A stretch of 64,000 bases of DNA from Felis catus (lineage: Eukaryota). Position numbers and translations under genes: made by a program. A model generated the notes under the pieces. It saw only the letters and a list, made by a program, of their open reading frames with translations, was not told where the DNA came from and searched no databases. This document shows positions 12,431-25,067 of this stretch, one piece after another. Every line of letters begins with the position of its first letter. The stretch's first letter is position 1. The stretch covers positions 16,616,001 to 16,680,000 of the forward strand of contig NC_058379.1 of the NCBI RefSeq assembly GCF_018350175.1, given 5' to 3'.

Positions 12431-15049
12431 AAACACAAGTTCTTAACCATTTTGTTCTGCCTGTTCTGTTACAGGCTGTATGGGAGTACAGAGGAATCAG
12501 AAAGGAATGGGGAGAGCTCTCCTGGAGCTTAGGGTGGAAACAAGGACATGGAATAGTCTTCATGCATAGCTTAAACATCACTGGGGGACCAGAGCAAGAG
12601 AGCACGATGCAATCAGGAAAGGCTGCCTGTAGGAGTGAGGACTGGGTGGGGCGTGTGCAGACAAAGATGGGCATTAGGGTGGGGAGAGCATTTCCAGCCA
12701 GGAGGGGCCAGCCTAAGCAAAGCCACAGGTGCAGATATGTGTATGAGCACAAACCAGTAAGGGAAAATAATTGAGCACCAAATCCTATGGGGTTAAAGAG
12801 GTGGATGACGCCTGTGGTCCCTGCTCCAAAACCTAACTAGGCAGAGGGTTGGAGGAGCTGTAGAAATAAGTAATAGTTACCCTTCACTGGGCGCACTCCA
12901 CATTCCAGGTTCTCTATAGCGCTGGAAGTTTGGCAGTTACTAGCTCCATTTATAAATGAAAAAAAGAAGGCTCTGAGAGATGCCTTGCTGTTGGTCCTCC
13001 ACGTAGGGAGGACTGAGGCCAAGAGAGTCAACCCAGGAGGCAAGACTCAGCACCGCACCACCCCCCCTCAGAATCCAGTGCCCTAACCTGCAAGCTACAC
13101 TATTCTGCCTGCCTTAATTGCCCCAAAGAAACAGACTTTCACAGCCAGTCCCCTGTGCAAACCTCTCGGGCACACTACAGTTAGGCATCTTTCTAAATTG
13201 CAAAGCTGATTATCTCTCTCCTTGCTTAAAGCCAAGTTTTCTCAGTACCCTTCAGATAAAATCTTAACTCAGCACAGCCTGAGAACCCTTTAAGTTCTTG
13301 CTCCCTCCTTCCACACTTCCAGCCTTAAGGCATTGTTTGGAATCCCGGATATAGTACCCACATCTTTTCTCTGTGGTGATGTCTGCCTGGAAAACTCTTA
13401 TCTCCCTCCCAACCCAAATTTGTCCCTGACTCACTCTTATTTATTTGGGAAGGAGCCATGACTTAGATGTCACCTCCTATAAAAAGACTACCCTGATTGC
13501 CCCTTTATAACCCAGGCTAAATGCCTTTCTTCCCTGCTTCCCCAGACCCAGTACCCCTTCTCCTGATCATAGCAATAATAATAGTTAACAATTTTTGAGC
13601 ATTCATTCTGTGCCAGGTGCTGTGCTAAAGTAACTTGAGTTATTGAAGCAATATCACACAGTAATTAAAGGTGCAGGCTTTAGGACCAAGACTATCTGGA
13701 TTTGATTCCTGGCCCGATCACTTAAAGGGCTGTGAAACTTAGGCAAATCACTCAACCTCTCTTGGCATCTCAGTTTCCTCGTCTGTAAAATGGGGATAAG
13801 AATAGCACCTATCTCATAGGAGTGTTGTACATGTGAAGGGCCCAGTACATGGTAAGTGCTTAATAAATGTTAGTTGATAACTATTATAATGTTATGTCCT
13901 TGTAATGACTCTAATTCATAGGTGAGAATCTAAAAGGTAACTTGACTTCGCCTTGATTATATAGGTAAGTAGCATACCTGGGACTTGAACTTGATGCCAA
14001 GGTCCATGCTACACTGCCTCCCATTGTAGAACCCATCACACTGTAATAGTATGGTAAATAGTAATAACTGCTTACTTGTCAGCCTCTCCCTCTAGACTGG
14101 ATGTTCCACGAGGGTCACTGCCATCACACCAGTCCAGAGACACAGTTGAGACCCTAGTTACATGAATTAATGATGCTGAACAGCCCAGACAAGCTATTCA
14201 GAAGATGGAGGTGGTGGTCATAACACCCTAGCTTCCCCTGCGGTGTGCTTGGGAAAATGTCTCAGTGACTTCCTAGGATTAGTCTCTTAGCAGACAAATA
14301 TTTATTGGTCCAGAAACCGGAGGTGCTCTTAAATGGGAAAAATCACATTAGGAATAGCAGGCAGGATACCCGCAGATAAGCATTCCCCTAAATAAGCCCT
14401 GTCCTTGGCTAGGCAACCTCTTCTAATCTTACAAAATGCCTCCCCTCATCATCAGCTGCCCCTGGTATTGAGGTACCCACCTGCCAGCTCCCTGTTTCAA
14501 GGAAATAGAGCATCAAAGACCTTAGTGGCTTCAACATGAGCATAAACATTATCAGCTGCCAGAGAGGATGACGTCAAATCCAGGCCTGGCTGGCCATGGC
14601 CTTGGAGAGGCTCCCTGTGTGGAGAGGCCTGGTGCCCTGGGGATCGCTGTGAGAGGCAGCACAGGCTGGGAACTGCCAGTTCAGTACCCCGAGGACACAT
14701 TTGATGGTTCTGTCCATTCTCAAGAACCCCACAACTTGAAATATTTTTCTTTCCCAACCCACTGATGTCAGAAATCAAATAGCTATTCCTTTTCTTGCTG
14801 ATCCCTTTTTAGGAGCATCAGATCAGCATGAACTTGACAGGGTGACCTCTTGGACTTGATATCATTATACCTAAAGCAAAGCCTGTATGGCTTTGAGGTT
14901 AAAAGAGCTGGCTTGAGTCCCAGACTGCCTGGTTCCACCACTTGCCTAAAGATTTCTGACTTTGGGCAATTTCCTGGGGTCATGGTTTACTTATATGAGA
15001 AGTAGGTAAAATAGTATCTAATTCACAGGATCTTGGTTGGGATTAATGT

Positions 15050-15790
15050 ATACTCAGTGAGTGCCTATCATGTACCAAGTGCTGGGGTCATACTGGTGAA
15101 CAAAACATAGTCCCTGCCCCGTGGTGTTTGGTGCAGGAAAGCAGACAATAAATTAATAAATATTTAATATATCAGATGGTGGTAAGTGCCATGCAGATAG
15201 GTAAGGTACAGTAAGGAGGATAGAGTGTCAGGGTGGGAAGGAGTTCTTTCACTTCAGGGTGGTCTGGGAAGGCCTTTCTGATAAGCTGACTTCTGAGCAC
15301 ATCCTTGAGTGAAATAAGGAAGCAATTCATGGGGCCACCTAGGAGAAAACTCTTCCAGGGAGAAGAAATGAGCATGTGCAAAAGTCCTGAAGAAGGAGCA
15401 TGCGTGGTGTGTCCAAGGGGAAGGCAAGAAGGCCAATGTAACTGGAGTGAAATGGGCAAAGGGGCAAATAGAAAGGATGATGTGAGAGAGGTGGCCAGGG
15501 GCAGGGTGTATAGGACCTGGTATCTTACTCTAAGGATTTTGGTATTTACTCTGAGTGAGATGGGAGTCATGGGAGGATTCTGAGCCAAGGAGGAAGATGA
15601 ACTGTTTTAAAGGATCCTCTGACTGCCATGTAACAAATAGGCTGTATGAGGACTAGGTATTAGGGAGACCAGCTAGGAGGCTGTTGCAGTTGTCCAGGTG
15701 AGGGATAAGAACATCTTTCATCACACTGGTAGCGGCGGGTGGTAGGAATTGGTCAGATTCTGGATACACCTGAAGGAAGAGCTGATAGGA
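15050..15790 (-). mobile_element. L2 fragment
   Basis: Purine-rich L2 3' region in antisense (gtgcctatcatgtaccaagtgctggg...aggctgttgcagttgtccaggtgag). Explains ORF 15172..15588. Confidence 0.7.
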
Positions 15791-15929
15791 TTNNNNNNNN
15801 NNNNNNNNNNNNNNNNNNNNNNNNNNNNNNNNNNNNNNNNNNNNNNNNNNNNNNNNNNNNNNNNNNNNNNNNNNNNNNNNNNNNNNNNNNNNNNNNNNNN
15901 NNNNNNNNNNNNNNNNNNNNNNNNNNNNN

Positions 15930-17172
15930 CCTGGGTGGCTTAGTCAGTTGAGTATCCATCCGACTTTGGCTCAGGTCACAATCTCACGGTTCATGAGTTT
16001 GAACCTTGCATCTGGCTCTCTGCTGTCAGTGCAGAGCCTGCTTTGGATCCTCTGTCCCCCCCTCTGGCTGCCCCTCCCCCATTCATGCTTGTGTGTGTGC
16101 GCTCTCTCTCTCCCTCCAAAAATAAACATTAAAAAAAAAGTGACTCCAAAGTGTTCACTAAGTGAGGCGAGGAAGACAACTTGTGTAAAGTGTTTATCAA
16201 TCATGATATGGGCACAAAATAAATGTCCCCAAAATATTAGCTATTCTTTGTATTGATGATTTGCATTTCCTGGACTGTCTAAACTGTCACCTGAGGCTTT
16301 GGAAATGTTGAGCTTACCTGGCAATAAGATCATAAGCATCATGCCTAACTATGTGCTGTGAGCCACGCCCATGATAGAATCTTCACGTAGCAGTACCACC
16401 GTGCAAAGTGTATGAAAGCCCTATGAGAAAATGAATACTTGTTGAATTTTTAATGTATTTCAGACATTTTTCATTTAATCCTTTCTCCATCACTAGAATG
16501 GAAGTTACATGAGAGATCTTATACCTGGTTTGTATTGCTACACATGCCTGGCACATAGTAGTTCCTTAGTTAGTATTTATTAGATGAAATCTCATTGTTA
16601 TAGTTGGAAGTTGAGTAACTTCCCGAGGTGGAGCTGGGTTCTGATAAATATTTATTGGATAAAGGGTTGAATACATGGGTATTACATTACCATTTTAGAA
16701 AAGAGGAAACAGCTAGTGGCAGACCAAAGATTTCCTGACCCTTGAGCATGGACGCTTTCCATGGCCACACCTTGGGGCCTCATATACTCTTTGGCTGTGT
16801 TTGAGGATACCTAGGAATTTGATGATCCTGACATTATCATATGGTGTACCATAATTTGTAAAAACCCTGGATTGCTCAAAGATCTAATGGTAGATCAGAC
16901 TGTGATGCTGTAGTAACACAATTCTAAGTTTTTGTCTTCATGAAACTGCATAGACTTACAGCATTCATTTTTTAAAAAATCTTTGTTTTTGAGAGAGAGT
17001 GTGTGTGTGTGTGAGCAGGGGAGGAACAGAGAGAGAAGGAGACACAGAATTTGAAGCAGGCTCCAGGCTCTGAGCTGTCAGCACAGAGCCTGATGTGGGG
17101 CTCGAACCCGTGAACCGTGAGATCATGACCTGAGCTGAAGTCGGACACTTAACTGAGCCACCCAGGCGCCCC
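15930..17172. mobile_element. Can-SINEs at 15930-16140 (+) and 16968-17172 (-)
   Basis: Typical heads and tails. Confidence 0.85.
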
Positions 17173-18099
17173 TCATTTTATCTCATTTGCCCAAGGTCAC
17201 ATGGCTGTAAGGGATGGAAACAAGATGTGAATTCAGTCTTCCCACACCAGAGCCCCTGTTTGTTCCCCCTATTCAGGGGTTTTTAACCTGGGGCACAAGT
17301 TCTGTTAGGGGGGTCTCCAGAAGTACTTTATGCTACCTTCTTCCCCCAACACCGTGCGCTTACGAGCAGGTGCATTTTTTGGGAGAAAGGGTTCATAGCT
17401 TTCATTACATTCTCCAAGAGGCCTATGATCCAAAGGTTTACTTTCACNNNNNNNNNNNNNNNNNNNNNNNNNNNNNNNNNNNNNNNNNNNNNNNNNNNNN
17501 NNNNNNNNNNNNNNNNNNNNNNNNNNNNNNNNNNNNNNNNNNNNNNNNNNNNNNNNNNNNNNNNNNNNNNNNNNNNNNNNNNNNNCCTCTATAGGGAAAA
17601 ATCCATTCCATTTCTCTTCTAGCTTCTGGTGGTTGCCAGCTTCTCTTTTTTTGTGGCCACATCACTCCAATCTCTGCCTCAGTCTTCACACTGCCTTCTC
17701 CTCTGTTATTGTTATTGTAACTTTTATTTTTAAAACTGCTTTTAGATGAGAAGGAAGAAAAAGGAAGGAAGAAGTGGGGGAAGGGGGTTGTAGAGACAAA
17801 ACAGATGCCAATTTTTGTTTCCAGAGTTTCAAGGGAGAGAAGGCTAACATGACTAAAGAAGCCAAAAATTAAGGATGTTGAGGCAGGATCAGAATCCAAT
17901 CTTCTGGCACCAATTCCAGGGCTCCTTCTGGTTCCCGTTACTATTCATTCATTCATTCATTCATTCATTCACTCGTTCATTCAACAAACTTGTATTGAGC
18001 ACCTGCTACGTTCCAGGTACCATGCCAGGCTCTGGGAATGCTGCTGTGGCAAACTCTGGCATCACAGAGTTCATATTCTAGTAGGGAAGACAGATAAAG

Positions 18100-18520
18100 T
18101 AATAATGATGACGACTATTATGTCAAGTGCGATTAAAAATGACGTCACAGGACGGGGAGGAATGGGAACGGCATTTGAGATGGGATGTTCTGAGCTCAGA
18201 ACTTCCAGTTGCTGTCTACGGACTCCAACGAAGACAGCGCTCCCGGATGCCAGAGCGCGCTTCATAAACCTCTCCCACTTCGCCTTGCTTAGCCTCACCA
18301 GGGTGGGGCTGTCGGGAGAGGGGCGTGCACACGGAAGGGTCAGAGCGCATGCTCTCTCAAGATCGGTGGCTCTGAGGATTTTGATAGTACGCAGGCTCCT
18401 CCAGTTAAGGCGAGAAGGCTCCGCCCAATAGGTGTTTGCTTTTGAGGTTGTGGTCCCGCCCTCCGGCCCACTTTCTACTTCCGCTTCCGGCTCTGAGGCT
18501 GTGCAGGTCGAAAATGGCGG
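18100..18520 (+). promoter_or_regulatory. COX6A1: COX6A1 CpG-island promoter
   Basis: CpG-rich. Full CRE TGACGTCA 18140-18147; NRF1-like AGAGCGCATGCTCT ~18342-18355; GC/CCAAT boxes ~18420-18460; tandem ETS/GABP ACTTCCGCTTCCGG ~18477-18490; YY1-type AAAATGGCGG 18511-18520 overlapping the ATG. Confidence 0.8.
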
Positions 18521-18616
18521 TGGCGGCTGCGTCCCGGTTTTCGGGGCTGCTAGGTCGGTCCGGGGCGCAGCTGGGGCGGTCCATGTCGAGTGGCGCCCAC
18601 GGCGAGGAGGGCTCAG
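18514..18616 (+). CDS. COX6A1: Cytochrome c oxidase subunit 6A1, coding exon 1 (mitochondrial presequence)
   Basis: ATG 18514; MAVAAASRFSGLLGRSGAQLGRSMSSGAHGEEGS; 103 bp; GT donor at 18617 (phase 1). Confidence 0.96.
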
Positions 18617-18766
18617 GTACTGGAGTTGCGGTCGGCGTGGGGGGCCTCAGCCCCACTCGAGCGAGGCGGGGCCGGACTGTGACCTTGGCCTGGGGCCTTG
18701 GGGGTGGGGGGTGAGAAACGGGGCGGGCGCCACACCAGGCCTGAGCGGTCGTACCCCCTTCTGCAG

Positions 18767-18909
18767 CTCGCATGTGGAAGGCCCTCACCTACTTCGTAGC
18801 TCTTCCTGGCGTGGGAGTGAGCATGCTGAACGTCTTCCTGAAGTCGCATCACGGAGAGCACGAGAGACCCGAGTTCGTCGCCTACCCCCATCTCCGCATC
18901 AGGTCCAAG
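18767..18909 (+). CDS. COX6A1: COX6A1 coding exon 2 (transmembrane helix)
   Basis: cttctgcag acceptor; (A)[47 protein letters not shown]; 143 bp; GT donor at 18910 (phase 0). Confidence 0.97.
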
Positions 18910-19574
18910 GTACGCTCTTGTAGGCTCTTCGAGTGTCCGTTCTCCTTTTATTATAAATGCCTAGTGCAGGTTCTTCATTCTCTAAAATCCTGTGTGCCTG
19001 GCGTGTACAACAATTTCTCATTTAATGCTCGCAAATAAATTTGTATTTTCTCTGGTTTTGTGTAAGGGTAACTGAGACTCGGGGGGGGGCACATCTGTTT
19101 TTCTTCAAGGTCATACAAAAGTGCCCTTAAGTTTTCCTTTTTTTTTTTTTTTTTTTTTTCTGATTCATCCCACCTCTGTCTTCTATACTGTTCTGAAACT
19201 GTGGGTTGTATAAGACTTGGAGGTTTGGGAATCTCCCTTACGGAGGCAAAGTCAGAAGGTGATTCACCTTTCTAGGACCTGGGCATTTGGCAGGGTACTA
19301 GCTGCATAATGAAGAGACTAACAGCTTCTCTTATTCTTATTTCTGCTAGTTATCTTCTCAACTGTTTTGTCCTTTGCTATTGATGTAGATGTAATCATTT
19401 GTTTTCCATTGTTTGTTGTAAATATTCTTAACAAAAGACCCTTCTGGCACTTTAATAACTGTTACATCACTTAGCCCAGGTAGGGCTGGCTTTATAGAAA
19501 CTTAAGCTAGAGTCTTACATTCAGAATTTTTGAGTCTGAGCCCCACTCCCACCCGTGTACAGTAGAAGCCATAT

Positions 19575-19770
19575 AGCAGGATTTCTCAACCTCAGTACTG
19601 TTGACATTTGGGGCTGGATAGTTCTTGTTGGGGCAAGGGGCTATCCTATGAGACTTAGGATGTTTAACAGCATCCTTGACCTCTACCCACTAGATGCCCT
19701 ACCTCAGATGTCTCCAGATATTGCCCAATGTCCCTGGAGGGGCAAAATCATCCAGGGTTGGAAACCATGC
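19575..19770. mobile_element. MER20-like DNA transposon in COX6A1 intron 2
   Basis: tttctcaacctcagtactgttgacatttggggctggata...ggttggaaacca. Confidence 0.75.
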
Positions 19771-20049
19771 TTTTCAAAGGGAGCATGCAAAATAATTGAG
19801 GAAGGTAGGTTGCAGTTTCCAGTCCAGGGATTTGTTTTATATCTGGAATGAAGCCCAGAAGTCTGCATTTAAATAAGCATCTCCTCCCCCATACTCCTCT
19901 TCCATTCTGATAGAGGTGATGTGATTCGTAAAGACAGCACTGATAGACTAGTTGCCAGGTATTGTCTGTCACATACCCTGTATCTTAAGCAGTTCATGGC
20001 AGTCTCAACTCTTCTCTGGAATTGCCTAATTGACATCTTCACTCCACAG

Positions 20050-20133
20050 CCCTTTCCCTGGGGAGATGGTAATCATACTCTATTCCATAACTCTCACGTG
20101 AATCCACTTCCGACCGGCTATGAAGATGAATAA
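20050..20133 (+). CDS. COX6A1: COX6A1 coding exon 3
   Basis: ccacag acceptor; [30 protein letters not shown]. Total 103+143+84=330 nt = 109 aa + stop. The 3' UTR runs into N gap 20192-20325, followed by a GT-rich downstream element. Confidence 0.97.
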   Translation, partial: PFPWGDGNHTLFHNSHVNPLPTGYEDE

Positions 20134-21870
20134 AGAGAACCTGGACCATAACCCACTGGGGACCACAGCACTGGTTTGGACCATGACTCTGNNNNNNNNN
20201 NNNNNNNNNNNNNNNNNNNNNNNNNNNNNNNNNNNNNNNNNNNNNNNNNNNNNNNNNNNNNNNNNNNNNNNNNNNNNNNNNNNNNNNNNNNNNNNNNNNN
20301 NNNNNNNNNNNNNNNNNNNNNNNNNGAGCTGGAGTTGCATTCTTTGGTGGTGTTTTTCCCTCGGAAATCAGCATTAATGTTATTTCTGTTTCTGCCGTGA
20401 AGGTTTATGGCCACCATCTATAGGCCTGTAGAAAGTGTTTATATCAGACTTGTCCTTGGTTTCTTATGCCTGGGGTGGGTAAAGCAAAGGGACCATGAAT
20501 GGAGCTGATTTAAGAATTGAGATTGGGTCTTGACAGATTTTGGGTGGCAAAGATACTGAGTGGCCAGTAGAATACCTGCAATTAACATCTGAAAGCAGTA
20601 TCTTTGATTCTCTAGAGAAAGTGCTTCCTGTGTCCTAGCCTTCTCTTGTCCCTTTCCACCAGCATTTGTTGAAGAATACTTCCAATGGATAATTTTCTCC
20701 AAAGGTGTCAAGTTCTCATCTTGGGGTCATCTCTCAGCACCCTGAAGGCTGAAATGGTCAAACTTTTGGAGAAATGAAGGCAGTATGACACATTTCTGCA
20801 TATACCATTGGCTTTATTTGTTTCTGGAATTAAAACCTTCTTATAGCACTAAGAATTAAGGAGAAACAGTAGTAACAAAGTCACCCTTAAAGAGCCATTC
20901 ATTCTTCCTCAAAATTTAAAATCTCTGAAGTAGCTGAGATAGTTGGAGTCACTTTATGGGGAGGATGAAGTCAAAAAAGAATGAAGAACAATCAGAAAAA
21001 AATATTCCCTCAGTAGCAATTACAGTGGAAGAACATAGTTGGCTTGGAGCTGGTTTTATTCTTGAGGCTCAATCAGACAGTTGGGTAGTAAAGAGCAAGA
21101 GGCTACCAGGTTTTGGTATTGCACAGTACACACAGTAAACTAGTACTGCAGAGGTGAGGCAAATGGAAACACAAGGCATGAAAGCCATTTACAGTAAGGG
21201 AAAAAAGGATCCCTGCTGTCTTTACCATTTTGTGATCTAACCGCAGCCTGTGCTTGTGCTTCCAAGTCACTATGGAACTGTTGTACTTGTGGCCAGTCTG
21301 AGGTTAGAACAGATGTGCTTAACTTTGGCTTGCTGCCTGGCATCCCTCAACCGGGTTCCAATGATCTCTTCTAATCCTTGTATAATGGACTGTAACCAGT
21401 CAAAAATATAAATGTAGAATGTCTTGAAATGACATTAAGGACTGGCCATGTTAAATATGAAGTAGTCATTGGTAAATTGGAGAGGATAATAGAATTTTTG
21501 CCTTCTGTAAACTGTTTCATACTATATTGGGTATATATGTGTGAACCAAATTACTCAATATATGCAGTTTTGGTGATTACCTGACATTCCAAAGTGTGTA
21601 AGTGCTCACCTGATCCTGGCATTTTTTTTTTGTGCAGTTATATAAGCATATTATTTGTGTAGCTTACTGTGGGAATAAACTTCAGAAATCAGATTTCTAA
21701 TTGTTATAGCACACTATTTCACTTAGATAAATCTTCACTTTTCACCTTTAAGTTATAAAACAAAACTCTCCCTTAGTGTGCATATGGGATATGTGGGGTT
21801 ACAGTGTAATAGCTGTTCCATAAAGTGCACTGAGTTCTCCAGGGGCAAATAATGAAACTAGATGTTACAA

Positions 21871-21876
21871 TTTATT
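21871..21876 (-). terminator. TRIAP1: Probable TRIAP1 polyadenylation signal (AATAAA on minus strand)
   Basis: TTTATT on plus strand ~840 bp downstream of the TRIAP1 stop. Further minus-strand AATAAA at 21055-21060 and 20813-20818. Confidence 0.55.
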
Positions 21877-22714
21877 CCATCTTCATGATTACAGACATTC
21901 CAGGGCAGGGTGGATACATGAGGCAAATAAAGCAAACTCTTTAACCTTTTAACCAGATGCAGCATTTTGGCAGTTTTAAGATAATACGGGTTGGCTTAAT
22001 TGACTTGGGTTGAAAACTGGCAACAGCAGATCTTTGCAATTTAGGATGTTCCTCCATAGTTACTCCATGAAATCTTAATTCCTAAACTACACTGTGAGCT
22101 CTGAAATGGTTTTTACTGCAATATTCTTCAAGCTTTCACATCTTAATCTGAAATCTGACACCTCTTCTTAAGGCAGGGAACTCTGTTAAAGCTGTTTTCC
22201 TGTTGGCTAACCCAGTCCACCAGCAGTCTTAACAGTTCTATAGAAATAAAGCCATGCTCCCAAGCATTGATTAAAACTTGTGCTGGGATCCCTTTTTCAG
22301 AGCATTAGCTCCCTGAGAGAAGAGATCCTAACCAATCGCTTCCATGAATAATCCCAGTACAATGTACCTCATGTTCTTCAGAGCAAAACTTAAGAGGTTA
22401 GGCAACCCTGATCATCCTGACAAGTCTATCAGTGTTCACATACAAAGGATACTTAAAGCTTATCCCAGATCATAATCCTAAGAAATCATTCAGTTTTAGC
22501 ACATGGAGTTCCTGCAAGATGCCAGAGTAAGAAATCCTCTCAAAGCAAAGAGTGATGGTTCATCCTCTTACACAATTGAGAGGAAATTAAGGAGGAAAGA
22601 AAACTCCCTCCTAAACTCATCAAATCGATGGCTATTTTAACAGCCTTAACTGACGAAATCCAGTGTCCTCTATTTCCTGATTCGAGGAGTCCATTTTCAA
22701 GGAGACTGTCAAGG

Positions 22715-22828
<114 letters not shown>

Positions 22829-23693
22829 CTATATGAAGCTTGAGGACCAAACTTTGTAAATACGATGGCACAAAACTAATAAATCAGATTGGACCAAAAC
22901 AAAAAACAAACAAACAAAAAAAACCAACCATGATTGAAGACCTGTACTTTTTAAAACCTGAGTACCATTACAAAGAAATTAAATGTAAGACCAGAGACAG
23001 ATTGGAAAGGTGGTGTGAGAAATCGTCAAAATTCAAACATGGAATTTAAACAGTATCTCCACTCTACTGTGATGGACACAAACTCAAATCTGCGTTCCAG
23101 GACTTATTGGCTATGTGACCTTAAGGAAGCCTCACTTTCCCATCTGTAAATAGGACAAAGATAGCAACTTGGAATTACCCTGTGGACGTTTTAAATTAAC
23201 TGGGAGTGCTGTGCCCAGTGCCGTGCTTACAATCTAATTCATTGAACTGGAATGAACACTTCCTAGCTGGCTGGCAGTTCAGAAATCAAACAGGCCAATG
23301 AAGTAATTAGAACAACAAAATCAGTCCAGAGACCGACGTCTAACAGGCCAGAGATACTTAACACCGCGCTTACCCCTCCAAAGTAATAGTGGAATAGTGC
23401 ACTACCGCAAAAATCAGGGAAACGATTCTGGTGAACTTGCACTAATCACTTCCTGTTTGGGGACGTAAGTGTTCCATGTATAAAATAAGAACTATGCCCA
23501 CTTTACAAGTTTAGGATGAGGACCAAAGGATGCTACTGTGCTCCGTAAGACGTAAAGCACTGCAAAAATATTTAACTTTGTCATTCAGAGAGATACCAGG
23601 CAGCCTGGTAGTGATGATGGGGAGACAGCTCCTGCCACTGCCCTCACTGCGGCTTTTCTTCACCCTCCCAATTCCAACTCCCGCAAGATACTA

Positions 23694-23999
<306 letters not shown>

Positions 24000-24080
24000 A
24001 TGTGGGCGCGTGCGGTGTTGCTGGGCCATCGGTCCTGGATGGGCTGGCACCGGGGCTTCACCTCCAAGACGGATCCTCAG
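24000..24080 (+). CDS. GATC: Glutamyl-tRNA(Gln) amidotransferase subunit C, mitochondrial, exon 1
   Basis: [27 protein letters not shown], Arg-rich presequence; donor CAG|GTAAAG (phase 0). Confidence 0.92.
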
Positions 24081-24174
24081 GTAAAGGCCAGGGGTGTCTA
24101 GGCGGGTGGTGAAGCAGGTCGGGACACGGAGCAGGTCCCACCTATGACCCCCATTCTCCGCCTCATCCGCCCAG

Positions 24175-24347
24175 GGTAGTGGCCGTGTCACGGCTGAGGT
24201 GATCGAGCACCTGGAGCGTCTAGCGCTTGTGGACTTCGGCAGCCAAGAGGCCGTGGCACGACTGGAGAAAGCCATCGCCTTTGCCGACCGGCTCCGCGCC
24301 GTGGACACGGAAGGGGTGGAGCCCATGGAATCAGTATTGGAGGACAG
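24175..24347 (+). CDS. GATC: GATC exon 2
   Basis: cccag acceptor; [57 protein letters not shown](R); 173 bp; GT at 24348. Confidence 0.96.
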
Positions 24348-25067
24348 GTAAAACACTCGAGGCCGCGTACCCCGAAGCCTTGTCTGTTGCGCCTTCGCAG
24401 CCATTTGAGGTGGCGATTAGTGTGTCCTTTCACGGAAGGGAAAAAGGCCTTAAGCGAGGTGCAAGAACTTGCCCACGGTCACCCCGCGGGGTAAGTGGTT
24501 TCATTCCTTCCCTTGTTCGTTATGGATCCCATCACTCTCGTTTAAAATCCTCCAGGCCTCCCAGTGTAACAAGAACAGTGTTCGAATTGATAACCACCTT
24601 CAAGGCCCTACTTCAGAGTCTCTGCCTACCCCTTGGACATACTGCTCTACTCCAGCTATGTTACCTTTCTTACTGTTCCTCCAATATTCCAAATTCGTTC
24701 CTTGTGTAGGATCTTTGCGTTTGCTGTTATCTTTTTCTTGGATAGCCTGTCTCCTTGGCATCTCTCCTCTGTAAGTCCTCTCCTTCTCCAAATGTCCTCT
24801 CCCTTTCCAATCACTGACTTCCTTGTTGGATTTTCTTCTCTTTCTTGATTATCTTATTTTTGTATTTTTGTTGATCTGTCCCTTGTTAGTAGAATATGAG
24901 CCCATATTTGACTTGCTTACTTATTGGATCCCTGTCTCAAAATATGTCCTGTACATATTTTCTGGCGTAGTGATCCCTATGGACATATCTGTAAAAGTGC
25001 ATCCAGTGTTCAGGGTGTCCAGATCTGTTTATAATACAAAACAACAACAACAACAAAAGCCAAGAAG

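Noticed and set aside
12273-12774. Overlapping 154- and 159-aa ORFs on opposite strands
   Set aside because: Begin or end in SINE sequence and cross L2-like DNA; no domain, exon structure or promoter.
18617-18766. COX6A1 intron 1 is 150 nt (multiple of 3), suggesting in-frame retention
   Set aside because: In-frame TGA at 18712-18714 blocks readthrough.
18432-18923. 163-aa alternative-frame ORF spanning COX6A1 exon 1, intron 1 and exon 2
   Set aside because: GTG start; long ORFs are expected in GC-rich islands; needs an unspliced transcript; no recognisable homology.
22400-22430. p53-like half-sites (AGGCAACCCT, TGACAAGTCT) in TRIAP1 exon 2/3' UTR
   Set aside because: Core mismatch and long spacer; cannot support a p53 response element from sequence alone.
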